This document shows, piece by piece, positions 22,249-33,852 of a stretch of 42,112 bases of DNA. Every line of letters starts with the position of its first letter. Positions within the stretch are counted from its first letter, which is position 1. Origin of the DNA: Folioceros fuciformis (lineage: Eukaryota); NCBI GenBank assembly GCA_049999805.1, contig JBNGIO010006415.1, forward strand, positions 1-42,112. The letters are read 5' to 3'. The translations under genes and the position numbers were made by a program. The notes below the pieces were generated by a model. That model was given only the letters and a program-made list of their open reading frames with translations. It ran no database searches and was not told the DNA's origin.

Positions 22249-23369
22249 TTTGCAATCCCAACTGGAGCCTCCTGCTGTATGGAGGAGAGGGAAATGCACC
22301 TCAACTGGCGAATGTCCGTCTCAATCTGACACCGTCATGTGCGCGAAGGGCGAGTGATGCCAAATCAAGCATTGTCGTCTGCGTCCAAGCTCTCACAAGA
22401 TGGTGACGGGTCGAACAGCTATACACAGATGTATGTACGTAGATTGCTATTCCAACCGATGCCTAGAGGGTGCCCCAATAGTTGGTCTACTTTTGTGTAC
22501 AAGGATGTTTGCAAGGCACTAAGGATGGCACAATGGGAATAGGAACAACTTGTTTCGATTATATTAGAGTAAATGCCTCTTCCTCACATGTTTATTATAG
22601 AATTTATAGGCCAAAAACATTACTTACTATGCTCATGTGGTCTAGGTGCATCCTCGTTTGCCGTTGCTACATAACCAAGAATTATGGCTCCATCCCCGCA
22701 AGAGGTCCCTTCCCTCCTCTTCAAAGTTGTCAATGTCCTCCGATGCTTGTGAGTCTTTTATGCTATTAGCATTGTGCTCTCCAATTCCCCAAGCAGCACA
22801 ATCTAGCAGTTCTTCAGCTACTGTAGACCCCTTCTCTGCTTATTGGCTTTCAAAGATACAACGTTTGTTATCATGTAGTCTTGCCCCACTTATGCACACT
22901 TCCTTAGCCCAAAATTCTTGGCTCAAAATTGAATGTAGCCTTGTAGCCTTCACATCTAAGGTCTACATGGGTGGTGGTAGTCCAACCACATGATAAAGCC
23001 TATGATCATGAAGAATATGCTGGGGACCCATGTCTAGCCTATCATCCCGTAGTGCATATAAATAGTAATTAGTTAATAATTAATAATATAATTAGTAATA
23101 ATTAATTAAAAATTATTTAGTTAAAAATATTAATATAATACAGTAAAGTCACACAAACTAGAGGTTATTTTTTATTATTAAAAAGGAGATAGAAAGTACT
23201 ATATACTCCAAAGATAAGGACAAATAATTCGAGCAAGGTTTAAAGGATACTAGTCCCTTCGAACATCATTCTCAAACCTACATACTTACAAAATGTAGTC
23301 AAGTGGAGTAACTTAAAAGGCCTACCTACCACCGGTGTCTAAGAAGCCACTTGACCTTCATTTGTTGCT

Positions 23370-23570
23370 ATTTTAAAGATAACATTGACCAATGCTCTTT
23401 GCACAACAATGGATACCCGTTGTTGAAAGAAAGACACCACGGAGGAAAGAGGAAGAACCCATTTCTATGACTAGGATACACCTTTGTGCACTCCTTGATG
23501 AACCTTAAAGGTCCTTGCTCATAGCCTCATAGGTCTCACGAGCATGGGGATGAAAACATGCCTTTCCCGC
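23370..23570 (-). mobile_element. 3' fragment of an RLE-type (CRE-like) non-LTR retrotransposon
   Basis: Frameshifted minus translation HVFIP/HARETYEAMSKD/LRFIKECT/...VSFFQQRVSIVVQRALVNVI fits the FxPxxxETxG...QRxSxxxQR C-terminal pattern. Confidence 0.5.
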
Positions 23571-23775
23571 AGGAGAAAAAACATATGGACGTTGGTATTT
23601 GCATAACCTCGGTCGCCCATTCAGAGGTTGATGAAAACATGCTTGCAAATTGAATTCCTAGTTGAATTCTTAACGACTATATTAGTGATTAAAACCTATT
23701 CCCCCTAGTGAAAGAAAAGGTGGGCATTAAGTTAAACTTCATAGCCCAAAGAATATAGATGCTCCCTATACAATA

Positions 23776-26700
23776 TGTTGCATAACAGGGCTTAGCAGCC
23801 ATTTATGTTATCAACCCAAAAACCCCTAATAGGGGTAGCAGCATATTGCGAAACGTTATTCAGCTTTAAATACCTTTTTAGTTATGTTTCTTTTATATAG
23901 CTTTTAATTAGTTTAGGTTATAAAAACGGTTCCAACACCTCTGTGTGCTTTTATGACAGCGTTCAGTTTCATAATTCATTCTGCTTCTCCAAGCTTGCAT
24001 GTTTTCATCATGCCAGAATGCTGCCTGCATTCTTTATGGTATCAGAGCGTAGGAATACAAGGCTGCTAATATTATACGTGAATTAATGTTGTAAATGGAT
24101 AATTCTATCCAACTTGCTGGTTTGACATTTTGCGACACAAAGAGATCGGAGTTTTTTAAATTCTGGTGTTTTGTAGCATCTTTGCTACAATATCAAACAG
24201 CATCAATCAGGATTGAATGTTTTTTAGTAGCAATGACAAGCAACAGTAGAGGTAGACCTTGTAGATGTGTTTGGCCACACACATCACATTGTCTACATAG
24301 CTGCTGTAGCACAAACAACTACTCTTCTTATCACCAGTCTGCATCACACCAGCAATCGATTAATCAACGCCAATCCTTGCCTTGTTTTCAAAACAAAACT
24401 CAACACTACAAGACATTTAGCAATCAATTAGCACCTGTTAATTATAAAATCCAAACTTTAGGACAAGAGGCTTTAGAGCACTAACGTAAAGTAGATATCG
24501 AGATCCAAGCTCTGCATAAAACCATAGGTCAATTACACAAGAAGGTCGCCCTCTTAACTAGTTTTATGTACAAACGGTCAACACGCAATTCAAATAATAC
24601 CACTAACATGGCACATAAATCTTACAAACCACTTTCCAAAGCAAAGAATCTTGCCTCCTGTAGACTTATCCCAGAGCCCTTGGAATGTGTCCTTAGTAGT
24701 CTTGCCACTCTCTTTAGGTTAGGCGACTCAGACCATGAATAGCTCGTGACCTGCAAATCACATAGCATGTCACAGTCAGTAAGTCAGTCTATCATTTCCC
24801 ATCTTTGCAGATATGACAACTTCTACCAATACAAATGTAGTTCATACAACTAAGGTCGAGATAAAGGATCGAGACCGATTTAATGAGTCCGACTACGCTG
24901 TTTGGCAAATGCGGATGACAGCCATCCTTGAGGAGCATGACCTCATGGACATAGTTGATGGTTCCTTGTCCCAACCAACTGTGTCGGCATCTGCAACAGG
25001 AACAATGTCGGGAAATATTATTTCAGCATGGCACAAGAAGGACAAAAGAGCCCGAAGCATCTTACTATTTGCATTAGATAGAAATATGATGCAGCATACA
25101 CAAGGGCAACTCACCTTAGCAACAATATGGAAGGTTTTTCAAGAGATGTTTGCTGCCAAGGATGCTATGTCACTTGTCAATACCACTCGCATATTTTACT
25201 CACTCCATATGAAGGAGTCTAACACTATTGAGCACCATGTGCATCGGTTCCGCACACTTCATGCGAGATTATCATCTGCAAGGGCAACTTTGACAGAATT
25301 GGAGGCAGCAACGGCCCTCCTCACATCTTTGCCCACAAGTTACAAAACTTTTGTAAGTTCTCAAGCATCCATAATCAGACAAGCAGTGCAAGCTACAGCC
25401 TCTAGTGGTACCACCGCCATTACCTTGTCTAAAATTGTGGGTGCCTTATTTGAAGAGGAGTTCATTAGGACATGGGCTAGATGATCTACTTCACATCCAC
25501 AACAAGTTTACCACCAGAGGGAGGGGTAGAGGCCGTGGAGCTTAAAGACCTAATCATCCACCAAGGTGTTCATATCTGAGATATCAAGAGAGATATCATG
25601 TGGATATCTCTCTTGTGGGACCTCCTAGTTCTGCTGTACGACGGGTCAAAGGGCCTTGTAATTGGTGTCGATTCCCGGGCCACTTTGAATATGAGTGCCG
25701 GAAGAAACTGGCTGGGGAGCCAAGGTATACTGCACCAGAAACAAATGTGGTTGTTAGGCCATCTACAACTAGCACAAAGGCACCGACTATACTTGCCATC
25801 TGTCTTACACTCACTCGAGCAGATTGTGGCATGTGGTTTTTGGACTCCGGAGCAACTAATCACATATGCCAATCTCATGACATGTTCTGCTCCTACACCA
25901 CATCCTGCATTCATCAATTTGTCCTTATAGGAGACAACAGTGGCCTATCAATTGCCGGCACCGGTGAAGTCCTGCTCAAGTTAAATTATAGACACGAGAT
26001 ACTACTGAAGAGTGTCCTTCACATCCCAAGCATGACCAAAACCCTTCTATCTGTACATAAGTTAGTTTCCAACCATGGCCTCCTAGTTACCTTTACACCC
26101 GGCTTCTGTAAGGTGACTCCTGCAAATGATGCTTCCCTTATACTAGCTGAGGGCTTGTCATATCATGACCTGTACATCCTGCACATTACAACAACTCATC
26201 AATAATCATATGTGGCTGACGCTCAATCCTGTGTCAACAACACCTTTATGTGGAATTGCCATATATGCCACCCTAGTCATGCTTGTGTTAAACGTGTTGT
26301 TGATGGACAAGCATTGTACAAAGATGGTCTTACCCTGAAGATGACAGATTCGTTCTTTTATGAAAGCCATCAAGTCGGAAAAATTTCATTAAAGCCATAC
26401 AATGATCAGTTCCCTACCAAGGCCACTTCAATGCTTGACGTTGTCCACTCTGATATACGCAGCCCGATATCCACCACTTCTTTTGGTGGGGCCTCATATT
26501 TGCTCACTTTCTTAGCCGAATGGAACCATTTTTGCCATATCTATTACTTGAGGAACTGTCATGAAACATATGTCAAATTCATTGAATATGTGGCCATGGT
26601 TGAGGTACAAACAGGATCTGTCATTAAGCGTTTCCATAGTGACAACGCAAAGGAATATCTTAGTAATGACTTCACATTGTTCAGCAAACATAAGGGGATT

Positions 26701-27916
26701 ATCCATCAGTTAACAGTTCCTTACCATCCTCCTCAGAATTCCTACGCTGAGCACTACAATCGAACTTTGTAGGAACGCACTCAAGCAACCCTTACCTTGG
26801 TTGGTTTAACTCGGGGTTAATGGGCTGAAGCTATGGATGCAATTAATTACGTCGCCAATCAGTTACCTTTAAAGCCTCTCTATGACACCACTCCATATCA
26901 GCGTTGGACTAGAAATAAGCCCCGTATAAGCCATCTTCGCATTTTTGGTGTAGCAGCCTACGCATATATACCTGTAGACAAACGGCACAAGATGGACAAT
27001 AAGGCTACAAAGCTTATCTTCGTCGGCTACTCTGAAACTATTAAAGGATATAAGCTTTTCAATCCTACAACCAGAGAACTTACACTGGCTCGTAGTGTTA
27101 GCTTTAATGAAGCATTTATTCTCCAATCTCATGCACATTCACTTACCAGTCATGATCTCCTTGCTCTTGGATCAATATATGGTCAATCCTCCTTGGCTAA
27201 ACCATCTGATATGCCTATAGATATTGTTAATTATGACGAAACAAAACCCTCTATATTACCTGGTGATCTGCTAGAACATGCACATATTTATGTAGTTGTA
27301 GTTGATCGAGTTGCTGCTGGTGACTGTCAGGACGTCCATGATGATGTTCAGGCAACTCAGCAGTCTACAGACGATACAAGTGCTGAATTTTTAGGTAACC
27401 TGGACATCCAAACGGATACTTCTAAACCCTCTAACACTATCAATGTTCTAGAGACCATTAATCCCCTAGAAACATCACCAGACCAACCAATACCTCTTTG
27501 GCGTTCGTCTCGCCCTCATAGCCCACGTTCTACATGGCTTGACCCGATTTATGCCCTGGTGACTCCTTCGTCACTCACCCCACAGTGGACGTTATTTCCT
27601 CTGATAATTCGCGTCAAAGCCTTGCACAGATGACCAAACAAGAACACAAGGCATTAGAGGTCCTTGATCCTCCTGACACTCCTCTCACTTACCAGGAAGC
27701 CATGCACTCTCCCCAAAAATTAGAGTGGCAATAGACAATAGCTTATGAATATCAGTCTCTTACAGAAAATGATCCTTTGAAGTTGCTTGACTTACTTGTA
27801 GGTCATAGAGCCATCACTTGCAAGTGGGTCTTCAAACTTAAGTTGAACCTTGGTGGATCAGTTGCAAGGTACAAAGCCCGTCTTGTCGCTAGGGGCTACA
27901 CTCAGATCTATGGTGA
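23776..27916 (+). mobile_element. Decayed Ty1/copia LTR retrotransposon, 3'-truncated
   Basis: PBS at 24037; gag 24813-25484; zinc knuckle CNWCRFPGHFEYEC; protease WFLDSGATNH; integrase VHSDI...FHSDNAKEY...PPQNSYAEHYNRTL; RT start CKWVFKLK...RYKARLVARGYTQ. Several stops. The 5' LTR start (TGTTG at 23776) is a guess. Confidence 0.93.
24037..24048 (+). other. Primer-binding site complementary to initiator tRNA-Met
   Basis: TGGTATCAGAGC upstream of copia gag. Confidence 0.9.
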
Positions 27917-30900
27917 TCCACATGAGATCCACACGAACACAAGAGAGATGACACATTGAACTACAATGCGAGCTTGCAAAGTTAGAAGAGGATAGAGCTA
28001 GGGGCTGGTACAAATGTGCTAAAGTTAAATGGGTGCAAGAAGGGGATTGCCCTTCTAAATTCTTCTTCGACAAGGTGGCAGCAAATCGACAAAACTCAAG
28101 AATCTCAACTCTTTTGGACGCCCAGGGCATCATGCAAGACTCGCTAAGCAACTTGAAGAATCTTATCACCTGTTTTTATGTAGGCATCTTTGCAAGCCTT
28201 GGGAAAGTGACGGGCTGGGAGCAACTTTGGAGCTCATCTTATGGGCGATTTCTTGCGAAAGTGTCGGAGGCGCAACGGGTGGCGCTTGACAAGCCTATCT
28301 CAACTGCTGAGGTGGTCCAAGCTTTGAAGGAGATGCCAAGGAACAAATCTCTAGGACATGATGCCATTCCCCCGGAGTTTATCTCTTGGGGATGGGACTT
28401 TATGGGCCCACTCTTCATGGAGGCTATCAATATGATTTGGAAGGAGGGTAGTATGGGCCCTTGGTTCAACTTGGGCCTTATCTCCCTTCTGCCCAAACAA
28501 GATGCAAGTCTATCCATTGCTAACTGGCAGCCCATCACCTTGCTCAAGACCACCTACAAAGTTATTGCCAAGGTCTTAGCCAACAGTCTCAAGCCCATTT
28601 TGGACAAATGGTTGGAGGTGGAACAACAAGGGTTCATCCAGAACAGGTGCATTCTGGATGACTTATTGCTTATGCGCGAGGCCAAATACAACGCTCTAGC
28701 TCTACATAAACTAGTAGCTCTCCTTAGACTTCTATAAGGCGTATGACTCTGTGGAATGACATTTCTTATGGAGGTGTGTTCGAAGCTTTGGGTTTGGCAA
28801 CAACTTCTGCAGGTGAATAGCAATACTTTGTGAAGATGCAGATGCAATGGTATTTGTCAATGAATCCTATACTGAACGGTTTGATATTACCCGTTCAATT
28901 CGTCAAGGATGCCCCTTAGCCCCTTTTCTGTTTATCATCGTCACTAATTTTCTTTTGCGCGCAGTCATTGACTACAAGATCCAAAGATCGAAGGCATCCA
29001 GAACCCTGATGGCTTGCAATTGCGTATCTCAGCCTTCGCTGATGATACGTTGTTGGTCTCCTCTACTGCTCAGACATCTCTAAAAGCGTTGCTCTCATAG
29101 ATACAAGTTTTTGGATAGCTATCAGGGTGTAAAGTGAACTGGAGTAAGACTTAGATGTTGTGCGTTAATGGGTAGGGGGAGCCACCTACTTGCATCAATT
29201 ACATTATTCGAGTCTACCTAGGCTCCCCTCATAAGTATCTGGGTCTACCATTCCAAGAAGAGGATGAGAAAGGGGAGATTGGAAAATTTGTTTGCCTCTG
29301 ATTCATTTGGAAAGCCACCAGCTTGCGTCTATTAGACGTTAATCTTGCAAGTAGGATTGTGGTGATCAACCACATTCTGACAGTATCTCTGTGGTACTAT
29401 CTTTTCTTGTGGACTAGGATCCTACTAAGGCGGACTTGAGAGGTTGTAGCAGATTGTGACTAACTTCTTATAGAGTAAGTCTAAAGAATTGCTCTCCTCA
29501 TTTCCCAAGGTAGTGTGGAGACATATTATGCAGTGCAAGCAGTTAGGTGGTCTGGGTTTGGTGGATCCTATGAGCAAATTGAAGATCCTACATGCGCAAT
29601 GGGTTTTAAAGGCAGTTGGTCCAATGGGATATCCTTGGAAAAGCCTATTAACCCAACACTTGGAACAAACTCAAGCGGTTCCCTGGGGAAGGAGGTCGAT
29701 GGATAATATTGTGGCTAACAAGCCTTTATTGGACACCATGGATTGTTCGCTGCTTTAGTCCTTAATTTGGAGCAGCTTCCTCGAGGTCAAAACCTTTGTC
29801 AATTCAGTAAAGCCCCTAAGCATGGATGATGTGCTTGGTATCCCTCTACAAGGCCTTAGGGCGTTGTGGACACAAGAGTTCATCCCTTGAGTGTACTAGT
29901 CCCAAATCTTTTGCTCAGCTGGCTGTAAAGGGCTTTTCTAGTTAGGGCACTTGTGGAACAAAGCAGAGTCTTGCTGGAAATCTGCGGAGGAACTCCAAGA
30001 AGCGTTTGGAATTCCACTTAGGCACATGAGACTAATTTTTTCATGGTTACAAAAAGGGATGCATGATGCGGTGAAACAGGCGTTGCTGCAGCAATCATCA
30101 GTGACGCCTCATGAGTGGGGCGCATTCTCCATGGACTGTAGGACAAGGGATTCCGACCAAGAAGAGCAAGTTGATTCTTCCGACTTAGACCTCGTAGTGT
30201 TTGTGACATCACTGACCAGAGCGAGTGAGAACCTATCATATCAAATGATTAATGTAGAGGGGCTCTTGAAGGAAAAGGGTAGAGAGGAAGGAGTAGTTTG
30301 TTGTGGGGCACTATGGCTGATCATAGTGCTCTATAGAACTAGGCGATTTGGTCAATGGCGCACTCAAGGAGAATAAGGCAGCAAGAAACAACCTCTACAT
30401 CCCGCACTTGTAAGGTGCTGGTTTTGCTTGAAGGAGAATTGGGAGTTGGTGATGCGTTTTGACCTCTTCAGATGGCCTGCTCATTCAAGAGTAACCAGGA
30501 AAGCCTGAGGTCCTTTTTCAATTTTTTGTCGGCAACTACCTACCATTGGCTTGTGCGCTCACAAAAGACTCACCAACGCAAGCCGATGGCACCCAGGCTG
30601 AAACTGTCGCTTCGACGCCAAAGAGCAGCTTTAAAACTCTTATGGTCGTCTATAGGTATCCCTCCCAAGGTGAGGGTAACCATTTGGTGTTTTTTCCAAG
30701 ATTGCTTGCCTAACGCCGATCGCTAGGACGGTTTATTGGTAGTCACAGGGGAGGAAGTGTGCAGACTGTGCAGCGTTGGTGCCCTCCACAAAAACCAACA
30801 CCTGTTCTTTCAGTGCGATTATATGCAAGGTGTATGAAGTGAAGTTGGTAGGTAGTTATAGGGGCTTCTCCCTGAAAACAATATCTTGGTCACGGAGCAA

Positions 30901-31394
30901 ATGGCCCTCTTCGATCTAGACGAGGTCTTGGGACGACCATTGCTCCAGAAACAATGGTGGGGGGTGGTGTGGTCCTCATCTCTTTTTTCTCTTTGGTTAA
31001 ATTGGATGTTGATGGTCTATGGCGGGAGAGACCCGGTGTCAAGTAAAGCTCTGCTATGGCGCACCTGGGAACAGGTTTTGACGGTGACGGACAGCATACA
31101 AACATCTACTCCTACCAAGTTCAAGAAGAAAGGGTGAAAATCAGCCGGCTTTCTTGGGCACGACAACCATTGGGATCATTTTTATCCTTGGGGTAGGTAA
31201 GGTTACCTTTCTCACTTAGAACGTGAGGAGCTGCCCAGATAATTGTACAGGTACTTTAAAGAGTGAACCATTGCTTAAGTCTAGGAGCTAGCGTTTAACG
31301 CCAACTCCATAGGGCAACGGTTCTTGTTGTGATTCTGTAACCCCTGGTGCAGCCTTAAGCTGTTCTAATCTCAATTCTTTTCCTCATGAAAAAA
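27917..31394 (+). mobile_element. 5'-truncated, decayed L1/Tx1-type LINE ORF2
   Basis: WVQEGDCPSKFFF, NWQPITLL..YKVIAKVLAN, QQGFIQNR, RQGCPLAPFLF, FADD, KYLGLP, LGGLGL, zf-RVT-like IPPKVRVTIW...CRLC...HLFFQC. A short A-run at 31389-31394 is the probable 3' end. Confidence 0.92.
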
Positions 31395-31924
31395 GGGGTG
31401 CATGATATGGTGAGGTGTGAATAATTATTAACTAATGAACCATGCATAAGTACGACATCTAGAGGCATAACTTGACACCCTAAAAATGTTAGTCAAGACA
31501 AATCACTCGCTTGTTATGTAACATGTACACATACTTCTTTATAACGATGTAAGATTATATGATTGAACGATTGTTGTTGAATTTCTCACAGTGGCTACTG
31601 AGTAATAAAGTCACCCTAGCTTTTGAAGACCCCTGTTTCAAATTCCAGCCAATGGTAATGTACAATACTGAGCACCCTCACTTTGCATGGTTGTCTTATC
31701 CCTAAGCAAGTGACATTATTTGCCCTTACCAACCCATTTCCGCACAGTCTCCCTTATACTGTTGCCATCTTCCACTCCATATATTGCAATGACTTGAATG
31801 TTGCCAATGTTGTATTCTCCACAAAACTCTTAAGAATTATTATCGTCATGGTTATATCTAGTCTACCATCTAAAGCGCCTATATGGAAATCCACTAGCAT
31901 ATCCATAATCATCAATGAGTGTTT

Positions 31925-32097
31925 GTGAGGCTGCAAAAACCCTCTCTTGTGGAGCACGCTGTGGGTCTTAATTTGGTTATGTACTTGAAAGTCTTTTAAG
32001 GGCACACATAGGTATTTGTGAGGCCGTAAAATCCCTTAAAAGTCAAGCAAGCTTCTAGTCTCAATTTGGTTCTATACTTCGAAGGCTTTTGAGGTCA
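31925..32097. repeat. Diverged ~92-bp tandem duplication in TE-like debris
   Basis: GTGAGGC...GTCT.AATTTGGTT.T.TACTT occurs at about 31925 and 32017. Confidence 0.7.
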
Positions 32098-32617
32098 CGT
32101 TAAACATAAAAAGTCCTTCCATCAAGTCTTTATGGACTAGTGCTCTCTGCTCGTTCTTCAAGCCCTTTCTATTGCTCACCTCATATATAAACTGTTTAAA
32201 ATATTCTAGAAGACGATAGAGGCTGTTAATATCTTTCATTTCTTGCAAACATCGAAAATATAAATGTTATACTAGGATTACAGGTGTCGCCACAGAAGCA
32301 CATTTGCATGTGATATGTGAAGCGGAGGTCAAGGCCTCCTCTCTCCCCAGCCCCTCTACAAACTTGATACATTGTTGATCCAAGTGGCAGAGAGAGAATG
32401 CAAGGTGCCCTTCAACCCCTCTCCCTCTCTTCCCCCTTCCCTTGGTGACCCTAAATGAGACACCTTCCTCCCCCTTTGCCTTGTCTAGCTCCTCTACAAT
32501 AACACACTCTACTGGGTTAATCATACGCAACAACAACAGTACGCCCTTCTCTACCTTTCCTTCTACAAACACTCCAATTTTGGCAAAAAATGGAAGTCGC
32601 ATGTTTGAGACTTTGGA

Positions 32618-32735
32618 CATCTTGTCTCTACCAATCTTATTGTGAATTTTTTTCTTCATTAAAAAAAAACATCTTGTCTCTACGAATCTTATTTGAATTT
32701 TTTTTCTTCGTGAAAAAAACACATCTTGTCTCTAC
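32618..32735. repeat. ~52-bp tandem repeat, about 2.3 copies
   Basis: ACATCTTGTCTCTAC occurs three times, spaced by AATCTTATT.GAATTTTTTTCTTC and an A-run. Confidence 0.85.
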
Positions 32736-33852
32736 AAACTCATGTTCATTCTTAGCTAGATAAGGCCTTGTTAAGCTTAATCTAGGCCAAGAATGCCTCA
32801 GTGGTTGATGGGAAGGATGTTACCAGTGCAATCTTGTCAAACACCCAGGAAAATCCTAATTACTCTAACTACTCTAGTTATTCCCCTATTGTCTACTATC
32901 TTTACTTATGATCGAGTTTACTTAAAAATTATGTCTAGGCTTGGATTATGGCTTATTCGTTTCATAATGTGTGGCTTACGAAACGGAAAGTGTGAGTTAC
33001 TTAAAGCTAACCATTTTCCCCTTGTGGATAGCTTCTCATTGCTGGTTGTCTAGAGACAAATATGAATATGGGTTGCTAGCGTAGAGTTTGGCCATGGCTG
33101 TGGCACCTTTCATAATAACGGAGAGAAAAGGAGGCATAGCCCATTGGGCATTTAAAACTATGGAGTCCTTAACTTGCCTAAAAGAAACCTACAAGGGAAT
33201 GTCTCTTATTGAAACTTTCAACGTTGAGAGTTTCTAGACACTCTAATCGCAAACTAGACACTCTACTCGTTGGGAATCGTTGAGAGCTGTTTTGGAGTTT
33301 TATTTGTGCGAAGGTCCGGCAACGAGGCCAACGAGAGTCTGGTGACGAAGGCAACGTTGCCGGTTGCAACACAACGGCAGTCACCGGAGACAAAGTCAGC
33401 AGCTGGCCGCATCCTTTACGGGCCCACATTAACGGTCGTTTGGGAGCACAGACCAGAGCCCAATACCCTTCCGACAAGTCGAGGATCACAACAGAACGGA
33501 ACGGCGAGGCAACCTCCGATGGGCCAGCCCTAAGCCCAGAGCAACGGACCGCGTTTGAATTGAGCCCTCCCCCTTGCAGTCACGCTCGACAACGTCTCTG
33601 CAAGCTGTGCTTTCTACGCTAGTGCAATCGCCTGGGCTGGCCTCGTCGGCGGCCGATTCCTCCCCGAATTTACGCGCATTTGCTTCCCAACGCAGCATCG
33701 TAGATGCTCCTCTCCTCTTTCGCGGAGCGCTGCACAGAACGCTGCAGCTGAAGGCGAGGAGCTCACGGTAGGCTGGCGGGCAGGCGACGCTGGTTGCGGC
33801 GGCTGCTGGTCTATGAAACCGGCCTGTGATGTGAGTGGAGTGGGAGGCGACA

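Noticed and set aside
21761-22357. 198-aa plus-strand ORF
   Set aside because: It is the antisense shadow of the lipid transfer protein gene.
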